A stretch of 64,000 bases of DNA from Bdellovibrio sp. (GCA_036676395.1 JAKFCY010000002.1:2240001-2304000); one strand, 5' to 3'. Positions 26,863 through 36,639 are shown, counted from the first letter of the stretch. Notes: generated from the sequence alone by a model not told the origin. Program-made: numbers and translations.

Positions 26863-27780
26863 TTATGTGAATGATTGAATAAGTTTCTGTAAATCTGTGA
26901 TTGACGGCCGTAGCTGTTGTTCATTGAGTTCACGCAGCGGCGTAGCTGTTAAATTTGTATATTGATGAAATGGCTCTGTATTTTCATTCCTATAAATGAG
27001 CCCTGTCAGAATTTTTTCTTTCTCTTTAGCTTCGGCCAAAAGACGCACCGCCAACCTTTTATCTTTGGCATCATATGCAGGTAAACTATGTATTACTTCT
27101 ACTAGCGGCAGACTTTGCTCTTTAAGATAATCGTAACTTTTTGTTGAACCCTCGTGATTGTTAAAAGTAATACACGGCGAAACAATATCAATGATAGCAG
27201 TGCCCGCATGTTGAATTGCTTGTTTTAAAATATTCACAGTCAACTTTGTATTCGACGACCCTGTGCGTGCGACAAAATCACAACCCATTTCAAGTGCAAA
27301 AGAACATATATCAATGCCTTCATAAAAGTTTCTTCGACCCGATTTTAAAATCGATTTTTTATCTGCAGTTGGTGAAAATTGCCCTTTGGTTAATCCGTAA
27401 ACACCGTTATTAGCTACGATGTAAATCATTTTCACATTACGACGAATTAAATGGGCAAATCCCCCCAAACCAATACTGGCTGAATCACCGTCGCCACTAA
27501 TGCCGATATAGATTAAATTTGTGTTAGCAACATGGGCTCCCGTTGCTATTGGCGCCATACGACCGTGCATTGAGTTTATGCCCTGCGATTTTGACATGAA
27601 GTATCCTGGAAGTTTTGACGAACACCCAATGCCCGAAGTCTTAATAACATCGTAAGGGTCAATGCCAAGTTCAAAAAAAGCTGAAATAATATTTTGTGTG
27701 ATTTGATCATGGCCGCACCCCGTGCAAAGCGTTGACTTTCCGCCAGTGTAATCAGCGCGAGTCAGAGAAGAATTACTCAT
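26863..27780 (-). CDS. korB: 2-oxoacid:ferredoxin oxidoreductase beta subunit
   Basis: CTGCGH, SGIGCSS, HGR, GDGD...NNGVYGLTKGQ.SPT, SPCITFN; start at ATG 27780 overlapping korA stop. Confidence 0.88.
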   Translation of the reverse strand: MSNSSLTRADYTGGKSTLCTGCGHDQITQNIISAFFELGIDPYDVIKTSGIGCSSKLPGYFMSKSQGINSMHGRMAPIATGAHVANTNLIYIGISGDGDSASIGLGGFAHLIRRNVKMIYIVANNGVYGLTKGQFSPTADKKSILKSGRRNFYEGIDICSFALEMGCDFVARTGSSNTKLTVNILKQAIQHAGTAIIDIVSPCITFNNHEGSTKSYDYLKEQSLPLVEVIHSLPAYDAKDKRLAVRLLAEAKEKEKILTGLIYRNENTEPFHQYTNLTATPLRELNEQQLRPSITDLQKLIQSFT

Positions 27781-29596
27781 TATCTGCTCCCTTATTTTTA
27801 TTTTCACTTTCGGCAATGCGGTTCGCTAATTCTATAGCCTGCATGGGTATCCCAGAATAATGCTTAACAGAATTAAATCTTTGCCAATACTCTGGATAAT
27901 GTACCTTCAGTAGATCAAACACCTGACTGCTTTGATTCAAGTCTAAAACATAAACCATTTTTTTTCGCTGGATGTACTCTTTAACCTTGCTATGAAATGG
28001 CAATGACCGAATCCGTAAATAATCACAATGAATATTTTTTTCCGCAAGTAGCTGAATAGTTTCAAGCAGAATTTCAGCAGCTGATCCATAACAGACTATT
28101 CCTACATCAAAGCCTTGATCTTGAATGACTGGTTCTGGTAAAACTAACACCGACTGCTGCCATTTTTTTTCTAAACGATCAACGACCTCGATATATTCAT
28201 TTTCTTTTTCTGTATAGACACCTTTGATATTATGACCAGATCCACGGGTTAAATAAGCCGCGTCAGGGTGTCTTGTTCCTGGCAATGCTCGTGCTGCGAC
28301 GCCATCACTCTCTGCGCTAAAGTAGCGTTGGTAACGCTGACCTTGAAGTGCCATTTGTTCCAAGTTTTCGGATGTTAAAACTTTACCCCGGTTAAATCGT
28401 TGATCAGAAAACCGAAATTGATTAGTTCTCCAGATATTCATTCCTATATCTAAATCAGACAACACATAAACTAGTGTCTGCAAACCTTCAGCAATATCCA
28501 ATGCCAACTGTGCAAATTCAAAACACTCTTCTGGATGACCAGGCAATAAAAGTGGAAAATGCGTATCTCCATGTGACGAATAGTAAGCTGCAGAAATGTC
28601 TCCCTGCGCACTTCGCGTCGGCATGCCTGTCGAAGGACCTGCGCGTTGTACATTCCAAATTACACAAGGGATTTCTGCGTAATAAGCATACCCAGCTGCT
28701 TCGTGCATCAAACTAAGTCCCGGACCAGACGTGGCTGTGAAAGACCTTGCCCCATTCCAACCGGCGCCCAAGGTCATGCAAATACTTGATAGTTCATCTT
28801 CAGCCTGTATCACCGAAAAATTATTTTTTCCATCATCTGAAACTCGATACTTCTGACAGAATTTTTCAAAACTTTCCATCAGAGACGTCGACGGAGTTAT
28901 CGGATACCACGATGCAAATGTAGCCCCTCCATAGAGCATGCCTAGCGCTGCCGCTGTATTGCCGTCAATTAACATTTGATTTGAATTTTTCTGTGTCGGC
29001 ACAATTTTGATAGGAAGTTGAATGTCCGAAAGTTTTTCTCTAACGAATTTAACACCAAGACTAAATGCATTACGATTTTGGCGTAGCACGTTTTCATTCT
29101 TTAAAAAGAATTCTGTTAACGTTTCCTCCACAAGATTAGACGGCAGTCTCAATAACTCAGAGACAACACCGACGTAAACAGAATTAACTAAATATTTTTT
29201 GTATTTAACTTGTTCAGACGCCTGCCCCGCCAACTCATAAAAAGGAACTGAAATATAAAACAAATCATCGCGACTTGCAGCGAATGTATTTTTACTTTTG
29301 CTATCAAAAATAAAAACACTGCCTGCCTGAGCATTCTGATGATCGTCGATCAATGTTTGATCATTCAAAGCCACTGTAATATCGGCTTTAAGCTGTAGCC
29401 CGGTATACCCCGCTTCAGAAGCTCGCAAATAATACCACGTTGGCATACCTTGAATATTAGAAGGAAAAATATTTTTTGCGCCTACAGGTATTCCTGTTCG
29501 AAATAAAGATTTAAGCAAAATTTGATTCGAAGTTTGTGAGCCGCTGCCATTAACAGTCGCTATTTTTATTGAAAAGTTATTTACACTAACAGACAT
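27773..29596 (-). CDS. korA: 2-oxoacid:ferredoxin oxidoreductase alpha (fused gamma-alpha) subunit
   Basis: NGSGSQ, WYPITPS, QAEDE, TSGPG.SLM.E, QRAGPSTGMPT. Confidence 0.9.
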   Translation of the reverse strand: MSVSVNNFSIKIATVNGSGSQTSNQILLKSLFRTGIPVGAKNIFPSNIQGMPTWYYLRASEAGYTGLQLKADITVALNDQTLIDDHQNAQAGSVFIFDSKSKNTFAASRDDLFYISVPFYELAGQASEQVKYKKYLVNSVYVGVVSELLRLPSNLVEETLTEFFLKNENVLRQNRNAFSLGVKFVREKLSDIQLPIKIVPTQKNSNQMLIDGNTAAALGMLYGGATFASWYPITPSTSLMESFEKFCQKYRVSDDGKNNFSVIQAEDELSSICMTLGAGWNGARSFTATSGPGLSLMHEAAGYAYYAEIPCVIWNVQRAGPSTGMPTRSAQGDISAAYYSSHGDTHFPLLLPGHPEECFEFAQLALDIAEGLQTLVYVLSDLDIGMNIWRTNQFRFSDQRFNRGKVLTSENLEQMALQGQRYQRYFSAESDGVAARALPGTRHPDAAYLTRGSGHNIKGVYTEKENEYIEVVDRLEKKWQQSVLVLPEPVIQDQGFDVGIVCYGSAAEILLETIQLLAEKNIHCDYLRIRSLPFHSKVKEYIQRKKMVYVLDLNQSSQVFDLLKVHYPEYWQRFNSVKHYSGIPMQAIELANRIAESENKNKGADNE

Positions 29597-29630
29597 GCTT
29601 CTATTTTTGTCGACCTATGATGATTTAGAT

Positions 29631-29644
29631 ATGACATAAGTCAT
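29631..29644. promoter_or_regulatory. Variant Crp/Fnr-family box for korA operon
   Basis: ATGACATAAGTCAT (symmetric T>C/A>G variant); centre 41.5 bp upstream of korA ATG. Confidence 0.7.
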
Positions 29645-29751
29645 ACTAACAGCAGAATAAATCTGTGATATTGCAGATATAACAAAGCATATAGATATAC
29701 CAAAACCACTATTTAAATTCGGGCCTCAGGGCGCACCTAATGCGATTTGAA

Positions 29752-30351
29752 CTAAGGCATCTGCTTCCAATTTACGACCGCCATATAACGCTCAACAAGC
29801 TTGCCTTTTCCATCAATCGGATTTTTATGCACGATAATAGTTGAAGGTAATCTATCGATATTAAAACTTTTTTGCAGATACCCTTCCGGATCCCAGAGCT
29901 GCAAATACATCGGCGCATTCAAATCAGGAAAGCTCTTTAAAAACTTATCAATAGCCCCAACCTCGTAATCAACCGATACAAGGACGACTTTCATAGAGCC
30001 TGACTTAATCGCCTCACTATGCCGCTTTAAATACGAAAGTAGGTCAGGAATTTCATTGATACAGGGATCGCACCAAGAAGCCCAAAAATGCAGGATCAAT
30101 TTATCGGTCTTTGTTGTATCTGGCATTAAAGGTAAACGCTCTGCCGAGATCACTTTACCTTCGTAAGTTTGAAACTTCTCACGCTCTTCAGAAATCAAAC
30201 CGATGGTTTGATCAATCGTCACTTGCGTATCTTCAATTTTTTCAGCCGTGGTCGTATAGAAGTAATAGTTCTTAAGATAGAACACGCCACCAATACCAAT
30301 GATCGCTAACACAAAAAATAAAATTAACAATTTAGCTTTCACTGTAATCAC
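29752..30351 (-). CDS. TlpA/ResA-like membrane-anchored thioredoxin
   Basis: N-terminal TM helix; HFWASWCDPC..E.P; LPST. Confidence 0.85.
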   Translation of the reverse strand: MITVKAKLLILFFVLAIIGIGGVFYLKNYYFYTTTAEKIEDTQVTIDQTIGLISEEREKFQTYEGKVISAERLPLMPDTTKTDKLILHFWASWCDPCINEIPDLLSYLKRHSEAIKSGSMKVVLVSVDYEVGAIDKFLKSFPDLNAPMYLQLWDPEGYLQKSFNIDRLPSTIIVHKNPIDGKGKLVERYMAVVNWKQMP

Positions 30352-30410
30352 CTCGTGGAGACTTAATGCTTACTCGCCTTCAGCGAGATAAGGCTACCAA
30401 GGTTTTTGGT

Positions 30411-30443
30411 AAAAAAAAAGCCCCGGATTTCTCCAGGGCTTTT
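30411..30443 (-). terminator. Intrinsic terminator after rplQ
   Basis: GCCCTGGA-GAAA-TCCGGGGC hairpin followed by U-tract. Confidence 0.8.
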
Positions 30444-30504
30444 ATTAGCTTTGAAACTATTTTGTTCTATTGCGACAAAACTACCGAGCTGTTTAGCTAC
30501 TAAC

Positions 30505-31071
30505 CTAGCGGTTAAGAGCTTGAGAAGCTTGACGAGATTTGTTTTGCATTTTGCGCACTGATTTTTTCAGTGTTTTAACTGCAATTGCAGAAGCTTTTTT
30601 AGCTTTGCTTGCCGCTTTTTCTACTGTTTTATCAGCAGCTTTAGCGCCTTTAGCAGCTTTTGTAGCTTTCGTTGCTTTTGCAGCTGGTGCTGCAGCTTTA
30701 GCAGTCTTGAAATCGTAATCTACGAATTCTAAGAAAGCCATCTCAGCAGTGTCACCAGGACGACGACCGATTTTGATAACGCGAGTGTAACCGCCATCAC
30801 GATCTTTAAAGCGTGGAGCGATGTTTTTCACGATAGCAAGAGCTGCGTCTTGGCTAGCTAAGCGAGAGATCAAAAGACGAATTGAATTTAAGTTATCTTT
30901 TTTACCAAGAGTAACTGCTTTTTCAATGTGTCTTCTAACTTCTTTAGCGCGAGTAACAGTAGTTTTGATACGACCGTGCTCAACTAAAGAATTCATAAGG
31001 CCTCTGATTAAAGCCTTACGAGGACCAGATTTACGACTAAAATGTTTTACTAAACGACGATGTGATGCCAT
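30505..31071 (-). CDS. rplQ: 50S ribosomal protein L17 with Ala/Lys-rich C-terminal extension
   Basis: [16 protein letters not shown]...R.GD.AEMA. Confidence 0.95.
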   Translation of the reverse strand: MASHRRLVKHFSRKSGPRKALIRGLMNSLVEHGRIKTTVTRAKEVRRHIEKAVTLGKKDNLNSIRLLISRLASQDAALAIVKNIAPRFKDRDGGYTRVIKIGRRPGDTAEMAFLEFVDYDFKTAKAAAPAAKATKATKAAKGAKAADKTVEKAASKAKKASAIAVKTLKKSVRKMQNKSRQASQALNR

Positions 31072-31090
31072 TTTTTTATTCCCTTACTAA

Positions 31091-32119
31091 TTACGATTCA
31101 CGTTTTGCAGGAGGTGGAACATTTGGATCCCATCCTGGAGGTGGCCATCCCTCGATTTTCATCCCTAAACCTAAGCCCATTTCAACCAAGATCTCTTTAA
31201 TTTCATTTAAAGATTTACGGCCGAAGTTTTTAGTTTTAAGCATTTCCGCCTCTGAACGAACAACTAATTCACCGATGTAACGGATGTTAGCGTTTTTCAG
31301 ACAGTTTGCAGAACGAACACTTAACTCAAGATCATCAACTGATCTAAATAAGTTTTCGTTCAACGAAGAAGAACCCATTGATTTAATTTCATCAGATGGC
31401 TCTAAAGATTCATCGAAAGTTAAGAAGATTTGTAATTGTTCTTTTAAGATTTTTGAAGCTAAAGAAACTGCTTCATCTGCCTTAATAGAACCATCAGTCC
31501 ATACTTCTAAAGTTAATGCATCGTAATCAGTACGTTGACCAACACGAGCATTTGAAACTGCGTAGTTAACTTTACGGATTGGAGAGTGAAGAGCATCTAC
31601 GGCGATGTAGCCAACTGCCATTTGTTCACTTCTGTTTTCAACTGGAGAATAACCGCGGCCGTAAGCCACAACTAATTCAGCAGAGAAAGATCCGTTATTA
31701 CCCAGAGTAGCAATGTGCTGATATGGATTCAAAACTTCGATTTTATCGTTAGTTACGATATCCGCAGCCGTTACAACGCCTGGACCTTTTTTGTTAATAC
31801 GTAGCGTGTAAGTTTCAGCAGTGTGCTGTCTGAAACGAACTTGTTTAAGGTTCAAGATGATGTCTGAAACATCTTCTAAAACATCTGGCATCGTAGAGAA
31901 CTCATGTAAAACTCCATCAAGTTTTACAGCAGTTACAGCCGATCCCATCATAGAGCTTAATAAAATTCTTCTTAAAGAATTTCCAAGAGTAACACCAAAG
32001 CCTCTTTCAAGAGGTTTAACGATGAACTTAGAGTACTCAGAAGTCTGAGTGTCTCTTTCGATCTCGAACCCTTTAGGCTTAATTAGCTCTCTCCAAAATT
32101 TAAAATAATGTTCTTGCAT
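31091..32119 (-). CDS. rpoA: RNA polymerase alpha subunit
   Basis: [34 protein letters not shown]. Confidence 0.98.
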   Translation of the reverse strand: MQEHYFKFWRELIKPKGFEIERDTQTSEYSKFIVKPLERGFGVTLGNSLRRILLSSMMGSAVTAVKLDGVLHEFSTMPDVLEDVSDIILNLKQVRFRQHTAETYTLRINKKGPGVVTAADIVTNDKIEVLNPYQHIATLGNNGSFSAELVVAYGRGYSPVENRSEQMAVGYIAVDALHSPIRKVNYAVSNARVGQRTDYDALTLEVWTDGSIKADEAVSLASKILKEQLQIFLTFDESLEPSDEIKSMGSSSLNENLFRSVDDLELSVRSANCLKNANIRYIGELVVRSEAEMLKTKNFGRKSLNEIKEILVEMGLGLGMKIEGWPPPGWDPNVPPPAKRES

Positions 32120-32134
32120 CCTTAAACCCCTTTA

Positions 32135-32761
32135 TTATCGTGAGTAGTACTCAACGATCATGCTTTCTTCTACTGGAATTGAAATTTCATCTCTTGCAGG
32201 AACATCTTTAACTGTTCCTTTGAAAGATGCGTGATCAGCTTCTAACCAGCTAGGGATAGTTCTGCGAGCTACAGCCTGGATACCAGCCTGAACTTTAGTA
32301 ACTTCTCTAGATGCTTGAGCAACTTCAACAACATCACCTTTTTTAACGATGTAAGACGCGATATTTACACGTTTACCGTTAATTAAGAAGTGATTGTGAC
32401 CGATCAATTGTCTCGCTTCTCTTCTAGAATTAGCATACCCAAGGGTATAAACTACGTTATCAAGTCTTAGTTCTAAAAGTCTTAGTAACTCAGTACCAGT
32501 GATTCCTTTAGAAGCGTCAGCGCTGTGAAAGTATTTTCTGAATTGTTTTTCAGAAAGACCATAATAACGTTTTGCTTTTTGTTTTTCTCTTAATTGTAAT
32601 GCGTACTCAGAAAACTTAAGTCTTGATTGACCATGTTGTCCCGGAGGATATGGTCTTCTTTCAAAAGCACATTTGTCAGTGAAACATCTGTCACCTTTTA
32701 AGAACAACTTAGTATTTTCTCTGCGGCATAATCTACATACAGAACTATTTACACAACTCAT
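32135..32761 (-). CDS. rpsD: 30S ribosomal protein S4
   Basis: CRLCRRE, PPGQHG, LELRLDNVV, IVEYYSR. Confidence 0.97.
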   Translation of the reverse strand: MSCVNSSVCRLCRRENTKLFLKGDRCFTDKCAFERRPYPPGQHGQSRLKFSEYALQLREKQKAKRYYGLSEKQFRKYFHSADASKGITGTELLRLLELRLDNVVYTLGYANSRREARQLIGHNHFLINGKRVNIASYIVKKGDVVEVAQASREVTKVQAGIQAVARRTIPSWLEADHASFKGTVKDVPARDEISIPVEESMIVEYYSR

Positions 32762-32773
32762 ATCTTACTCCGA

Positions 32774-33178
32774 TTATATTCTTCTACGTTTAGGAGGGCG
32801 GCAGCCATTATGAGGTACTGGCGTTACGTCTTTAAGAGACATTACTCGCATCCCTGTTCCTGCTAATGCACGGATTGCTGGTTCACGACCTGCACCCGGG
32901 CCAGTTAAAAATACGTCTACTGATTTCATACCTTGTTCCATCGCTTTTTTAGCAGCGTCTTCACAAGTTACTTGAGCTGCGAATGGAGTCCCTTTACGAG
33001 ATCCTTTGAAACCCATGTGACCAGCAGATGACCAAGAAACTGTATCGCCACCTGGATCAGTAAAAGTGATAATCACGTTACCGAAACCTGCGTTGATGTG
33101 ACAGTGACCTGTAACAATATTCTTTTTAACTTTTTTCTTAGTTACTTTTTTATCTTTATTTTCTTGTGGTGTAGCCAT
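32774..33178 (-). CDS. rpsK: 30S ribosomal protein S11
   Basis: [30 protein letters not shown]. Confidence 0.97.
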   Translation of the reverse strand: MATPQENKDKKVTKKKVKKNIVTGHCHINAGFGNVIITFTDPGGDTVSWSSAGHMGFKGSRKGTPFAAQVTCEDAAKKAMEQGMKSVDVFLTGPGAGREPAIRALAGTGMRVMSLKDVTPVPHNGCRPPKRRRI

Positions 33179-33191
33179 TATTTCATCCTAC

Positions 33192-33566
33192 CTAGACTGC
33201 TTTTTTCTTGTTAGCGACAGTTTTCTTAGGTCCTTTACGTGTTCTCGCATTTGAACGCGTATTTTGACCACGTACTGGAAGACCTTTTCTGTGTCTTACA
33301 CCACGGTAGCAGTTGATATCAGTTAAACGTTTGATCGCTTGACCGATGTCACGACGTAAATCACCTTCTACTTTGAAGTTTGCTTCGATCAACGCACGCA
33401 TTCCTGCAATGTGTTCATCTGTTAAAGCATCTGTACGAAGAGTAGATGGAATTCCCACTTGAGAGCAGATAGATTTTGCGCGAGGACGACCAATACCGAA
33501 GATATAAGTCAATGCCACTTCAACGCGTTTATTTCTTGGTAAATCGATACCCATTAAACGAGCCAT
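33192..33566 (-). CDS. rpsM: 30S ribosomal protein S13
   Basis: [23 protein letters not shown]. Confidence 0.97.
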   Translation of the reverse strand: MARLMGIDLPRNKRVEVALTYIFGIGRPRAKSICSQVGIPSTLRTDALTDEHIAGMRALIEANFKVEGDLRRDIGQAIKRLTDINCYRGVRHRKGLPVRGQNTRSNARTRKGPKKTVANKKKAV

Positions 33567-33572
33567 GTTCTA

Positions 33573-33686
33573 TTACCCCTGTCTCTGTTTGTGTTTAGCG
33601 TTCTCACAGATAACTCTGATAACGCCTTTACGTTTAATTACTTTACATTTGTTACAAATTTTTTTGACCGAAGGTCTAACTTTCAT
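33573..33686 (-). CDS. rpmJ: 50S ribosomal protein L36 (not in the ORF track)
   Basis: Translates to [43 protein letters not shown]. Confidence 0.96.
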   Translation of the reverse strand: MKVRPSVKKICNKCKVIKRKGVIRVICENAKHKQRQG

Positions 33687-33860
33687 ACGTTCCTCACAAT
33701 AACAAAACTCTTTAAAAAGAGATTGTTATAACATTAAAGATTGTTATGTCTAGCATAAATTTGACATTGTGCTGAATGCACTAGTCTTACCTATGCTCAA
33801 ACAAGTTTGAGCCACTTTTTTCATCAAGAAACCATCCCCGGGGTGATCCGGCTTTAGCCC

Positions 33861-34502
33861 TTAAAGCATCAGTGTCTTTTTAATTTCGTTGAAGACTTTT
33901 TCTGGTGCTTGATCGCCATCGATATTCACCATATTACCTGCCTTAAAATAGTAATCTATTGTAGGGCCTGTATTATCTTCAAATTGTTTGAGCCGCTCCG
34001 AGATCACGTCAGCATGGTCGTCTTTTCTGTGCACTAGATCACCACCGCATTTTTCACATTTATCACCCGCTTTTGAGGGTTTAGTATGAATATGGTAAAT
34101 CTCTCCGCAATTTGCACAAGTGCGACGCCCTGTTAAGCGATCGATTAAGATCTGAGGGTTGATCTTAAAATAAAAAACTTTATCTATTTTAGAGCTCGTA
34201 GATTCAAGCAATTGGCCTAAGCTCTGTGCTTGATTAACGGTTCTAGGGTAACCATCAAAAATGATCGATTTCCCTTTGTTAGTCGCTAGGTAGTCACTGA
34301 CTAAACCTAACATCAATTCATCTGGAACCAATTTGCCGGCATCCATAAAACCTTGAGCCTTTAAACCCAAATCGGTTTTATTCTTAATAGCACCACGTAA
34401 AAGGTCACCCGTGCTTAGCTGTAAGAAGCCAAACTTCTCGATCAACTCGCGCGACTGAGTCCCTTTACCTGAGCCCGGGGCTCCAATGAACAGAACGTTC
34501 AT
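33861..34502 (-). CDS. adk: Adenylate kinase
   Basis: GAPGSGKGTQ, LSTGDLLR, DGYPRT, Zn lid CxxC...CxxC. Confidence 0.96.
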   Translation of the reverse strand: MNVLFIGAPGSGKGTQSRELIEKFGFLQLSTGDLLRGAIKNKTDLGLKAQGFMDAGKLVPDELMLGLVSDYLATNKGKSIIFDGYPRTVNQAQSLGQLLESTSSKIDKVFYFKINPQILIDRLTGRRTCANCGEIYHIHTKPSKAGDKCEKCGGDLVHRKDDHADVISERLKQFEDNTGPTIDYYFKAGNMVNIDGDQAPEKVFNEIKKTLML

Positions 34503-35827
34503 TAGAATTGAACCCTTCTGCTACGGATTTTAGTGCCCTTAAGGAATGAATCATATTTTTGAGTCAATAAGTGCGACTGAATTTGTTGAGATGTATCAAT
34601 AGCAACACCCACAAGGATCAGCAAGCTAGTACCACCGAATTGGAACGGGATACCCATCGTTTGCACTAATAAACCTGGAAGAACGCAGATTACGCAAAGG
34701 TAGAAACAACCTAACACGTTAATACGATCTAGCACGTAACGGATAAAATCCGCGGTAGATTTACCTGCACGGATACCAGGAACAAAGGCACCAGTTTTTT
34801 TCAAGTTTTCAGAAACTTCATCAGCATTGAAAACGATATCAGTATAGAAAAAAGAGAAGAAAATAATTAATGCGACAAAGATAATATTGAATACGATACC
34901 GTTCGGGTTGATCGATTCAGACATGGCTTTGATCCAAGCTACGTTAGTGAATTGCGCTAAAGTAGATGGGAACATTAATAACGAAGAAGCAAAAATTGGA
35001 GGAATAACACCAGGAAAGTTAATTTTCACAGGTAAATGGCTTGTCGCTGCTGAAGTCATACCGCCATTCGCTAAACGCTGAGAATACTGAATAGTAATAC
35101 GACGTTGAGCTACTTCCATGTAAATAACAGCAAAGATTGTTGCTACCATGAACGCTAATAATAAAATGCCAACGATGAATTGTAATTCACCAGATTTCAC
35201 TAATTGAAGGAGCTGCTGTGCGCCCGCTGGAATACCGGCTGCGATACCAGTAAAGATAATCAATGAAGTACCGTTACCGATTCCACGTTCAGAGATTTGA
35301 TCGCCTAACCACATTACAAATGAAGTACCAGCCACTAATGTCGTGATCGTGATAAATTTAAAGTAGTAAATACCTAACATGCCGCCAGTAATTAGCATTC
35401 TGCCATCAGGTAAACTTTGGCTAGATAGCCATGTGCTCATACCGTAACCCTGAATAATCGCTAGAACGATCGTTGCATATTTAGTGTATTGCGTGATTTT
35501 TTTACGTCCAGATTCGCCCTCTTTTTTAAGAGCTTCTAAGTGAGGGATTGCTGACGTTAATAATTGGAAAATAATAGAAGCAGAGATGTAAGGCATGATT
35601 CCCAATGCAAAGATTGAGAACTGCGCTAACGCACCACCAGTGAAAGTATTGAATAAGCCGAAAATTCCGCGATTTTGTGAATTGAAAAATTCAGAAACTG
35701 CGTTGCCATCCACTCCAGGAGTTGGGATGTGCACACCGATTCTGTAAATCGCTAAACAGAACAAAGTAAATAGGATTTTCGATCTTAAAGTATTCGCACC
35801 TTTGTTGTCGTTCACTTGCTGAGCCAC
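34502..35827 (-). CDS. secY: Preprotein translocase SecY
   Basis: SIFALGIMPYISASII, GIGNGTSLII, FGGTSLLI. Confidence 0.97.
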   Translation of the reverse strand: MAQQVNDNKGANTLRSKILFTLFCLAIYRIGVHIPTPGVDGNAVSEFFNSQNRGIFGLFNTFTGGALAQFSIFALGIMPYISASIIFQLLTSAIPHLEALKKEGESGRKKITQYTKYATIVLAIIQGYGMSTWLSSQSLPDGRMLITGGMLGIYYFKFITITTLVAGTSFVMWLGDQISERGIGNGTSLIIFTGIAAGIPAGAQQLLQLVKSGELQFIVGILLLAFMVATIFAVIYMEVAQRRITIQYSQRLANGGMTSAATSHLPVKINFPGVIPPIFASSLLMFPSTLAQFTNVAWIKAMSESINPNGIVFNIIFVALIIFFSFFYTDIVFNADEVSENLKKTGAFVPGIRAGKSTADFIRYVLDRINVLGCFYLCVICVLPGLLVQTMGIPFQFGGTSLLILVGVAIDTSQQIQSHLLTQKYDSFLKGTKIRSRRVQF

Positions 35828-35935
35828 TCTTCTGCCTCTTTCGTTTATATAGACCTAACACAAGAATAGACCCTCTCGGGTCTAAATTCTTTGGTAGAAC
35901 TTTTTGGGACTAAAATCTATCTTAGCCCCTATTAA

Positions 35936-36427
35936 CTATTTCTTTTTAGCTTTTTTTACTTTAGCTGGTCTAGCCCAAGTAGCTTTTGCTGCGATTAACT
36001 CAACTTTGCCGCCAAGTTTTTCGATTGCTGCCTGTGCTGACTTGCTAATAAAATTAGCTTTCAAAGTGATAGCTTTTTTAAGTTCGCCTTTAGCCAAAAC
36101 CTTGAACTTAGAATTTTTCTTGATTAAACCGGCTTTGTAAAGCGCAGCTGCATCAACGATACCATCTACTTTATTTAATGCTGCTAAAGTAACCTCTTCG
36201 TATTTCGTAGCAAACTGAGCGTTTGTGAAACCGAATTTAGGTAGACGACGAGATAAAGGAGTTTGACCACCCTCGAAACCACGACGAACTTTACCACCAG
36301 TACGTGCTAATTGGCCTTTGTGACCTTTAGCAGAAGTTCCACCGATACCAGAACCGATACCGCGACCAACGCGCTTGCGGTAGTGAGTAGAACCTTCTTT
36401 TGGAGCTAATTTACTTAATAAACTCAT
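35936..36427 (-). CDS. rplO: 50S ribosomal protein L15
   Basis: RVGRGIGSG, GFEGGQTPL.RRLPKFGF. Confidence 0.97.
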   Translation of the reverse strand: MSLLSKLAPKEGSTHYRKRVGRGIGSGIGGTSAKGHKGQLARTGGKVRRGFEGGQTPLSRRLPKFGFTNAQFATKYEEVTLAALNKVDGIVDAAALYKAGLIKKNSKFKVLAKGELKKAITLKANFISKSAQAAIEKLGGKVELIAAKATWARPAKVKKAKKK

Positions 36428-36441
36428 AACTTCCTCTTAAC

Positions 36442-36627
36442 TTATTTGATAACTTTAATTTCAACCATGTGTTGAACTTTAAAAAGTTGGCCACGGTTAG
36501 CTGCATTATCAGCTAACTCTACAGTTGAATTGATTTTTCTTAAACCAAGACCATTTACAGTCTTTCTTTGAGTTTCAGAGCAAGCAATTGTTGATTTTTT
36601 TAATGTTACTAAAAACTTTTTAGCCAT
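36442..36627 (-). CDS. rpmD: 50S ribosomal protein L30
   Basis: LGLRKIN motif; position in spc operon. Confidence 0.92.
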   Translation of the reverse strand: MAKKFLVTLKKSTIACSETQRKTVNGLGLRKINSTVELADNAANRGQLFKVQHMVEIKVIK

Positions 36628-36639
36628 GACAGACTCCTA

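Noticed and set aside
3950..29751. Island as an active mobile element or prophage (nrdDG also occur in phages)
   Set aside because: No integrase, transposase, phage structural gene, flanking tRNA or direct repeats seen; nrdDG carry host-type regulatory boxes
33761..33797. TTGACA on + strand as an antisense promoter into adk
   Set aside because: No -10 hexamer at 16-18 bp spacing
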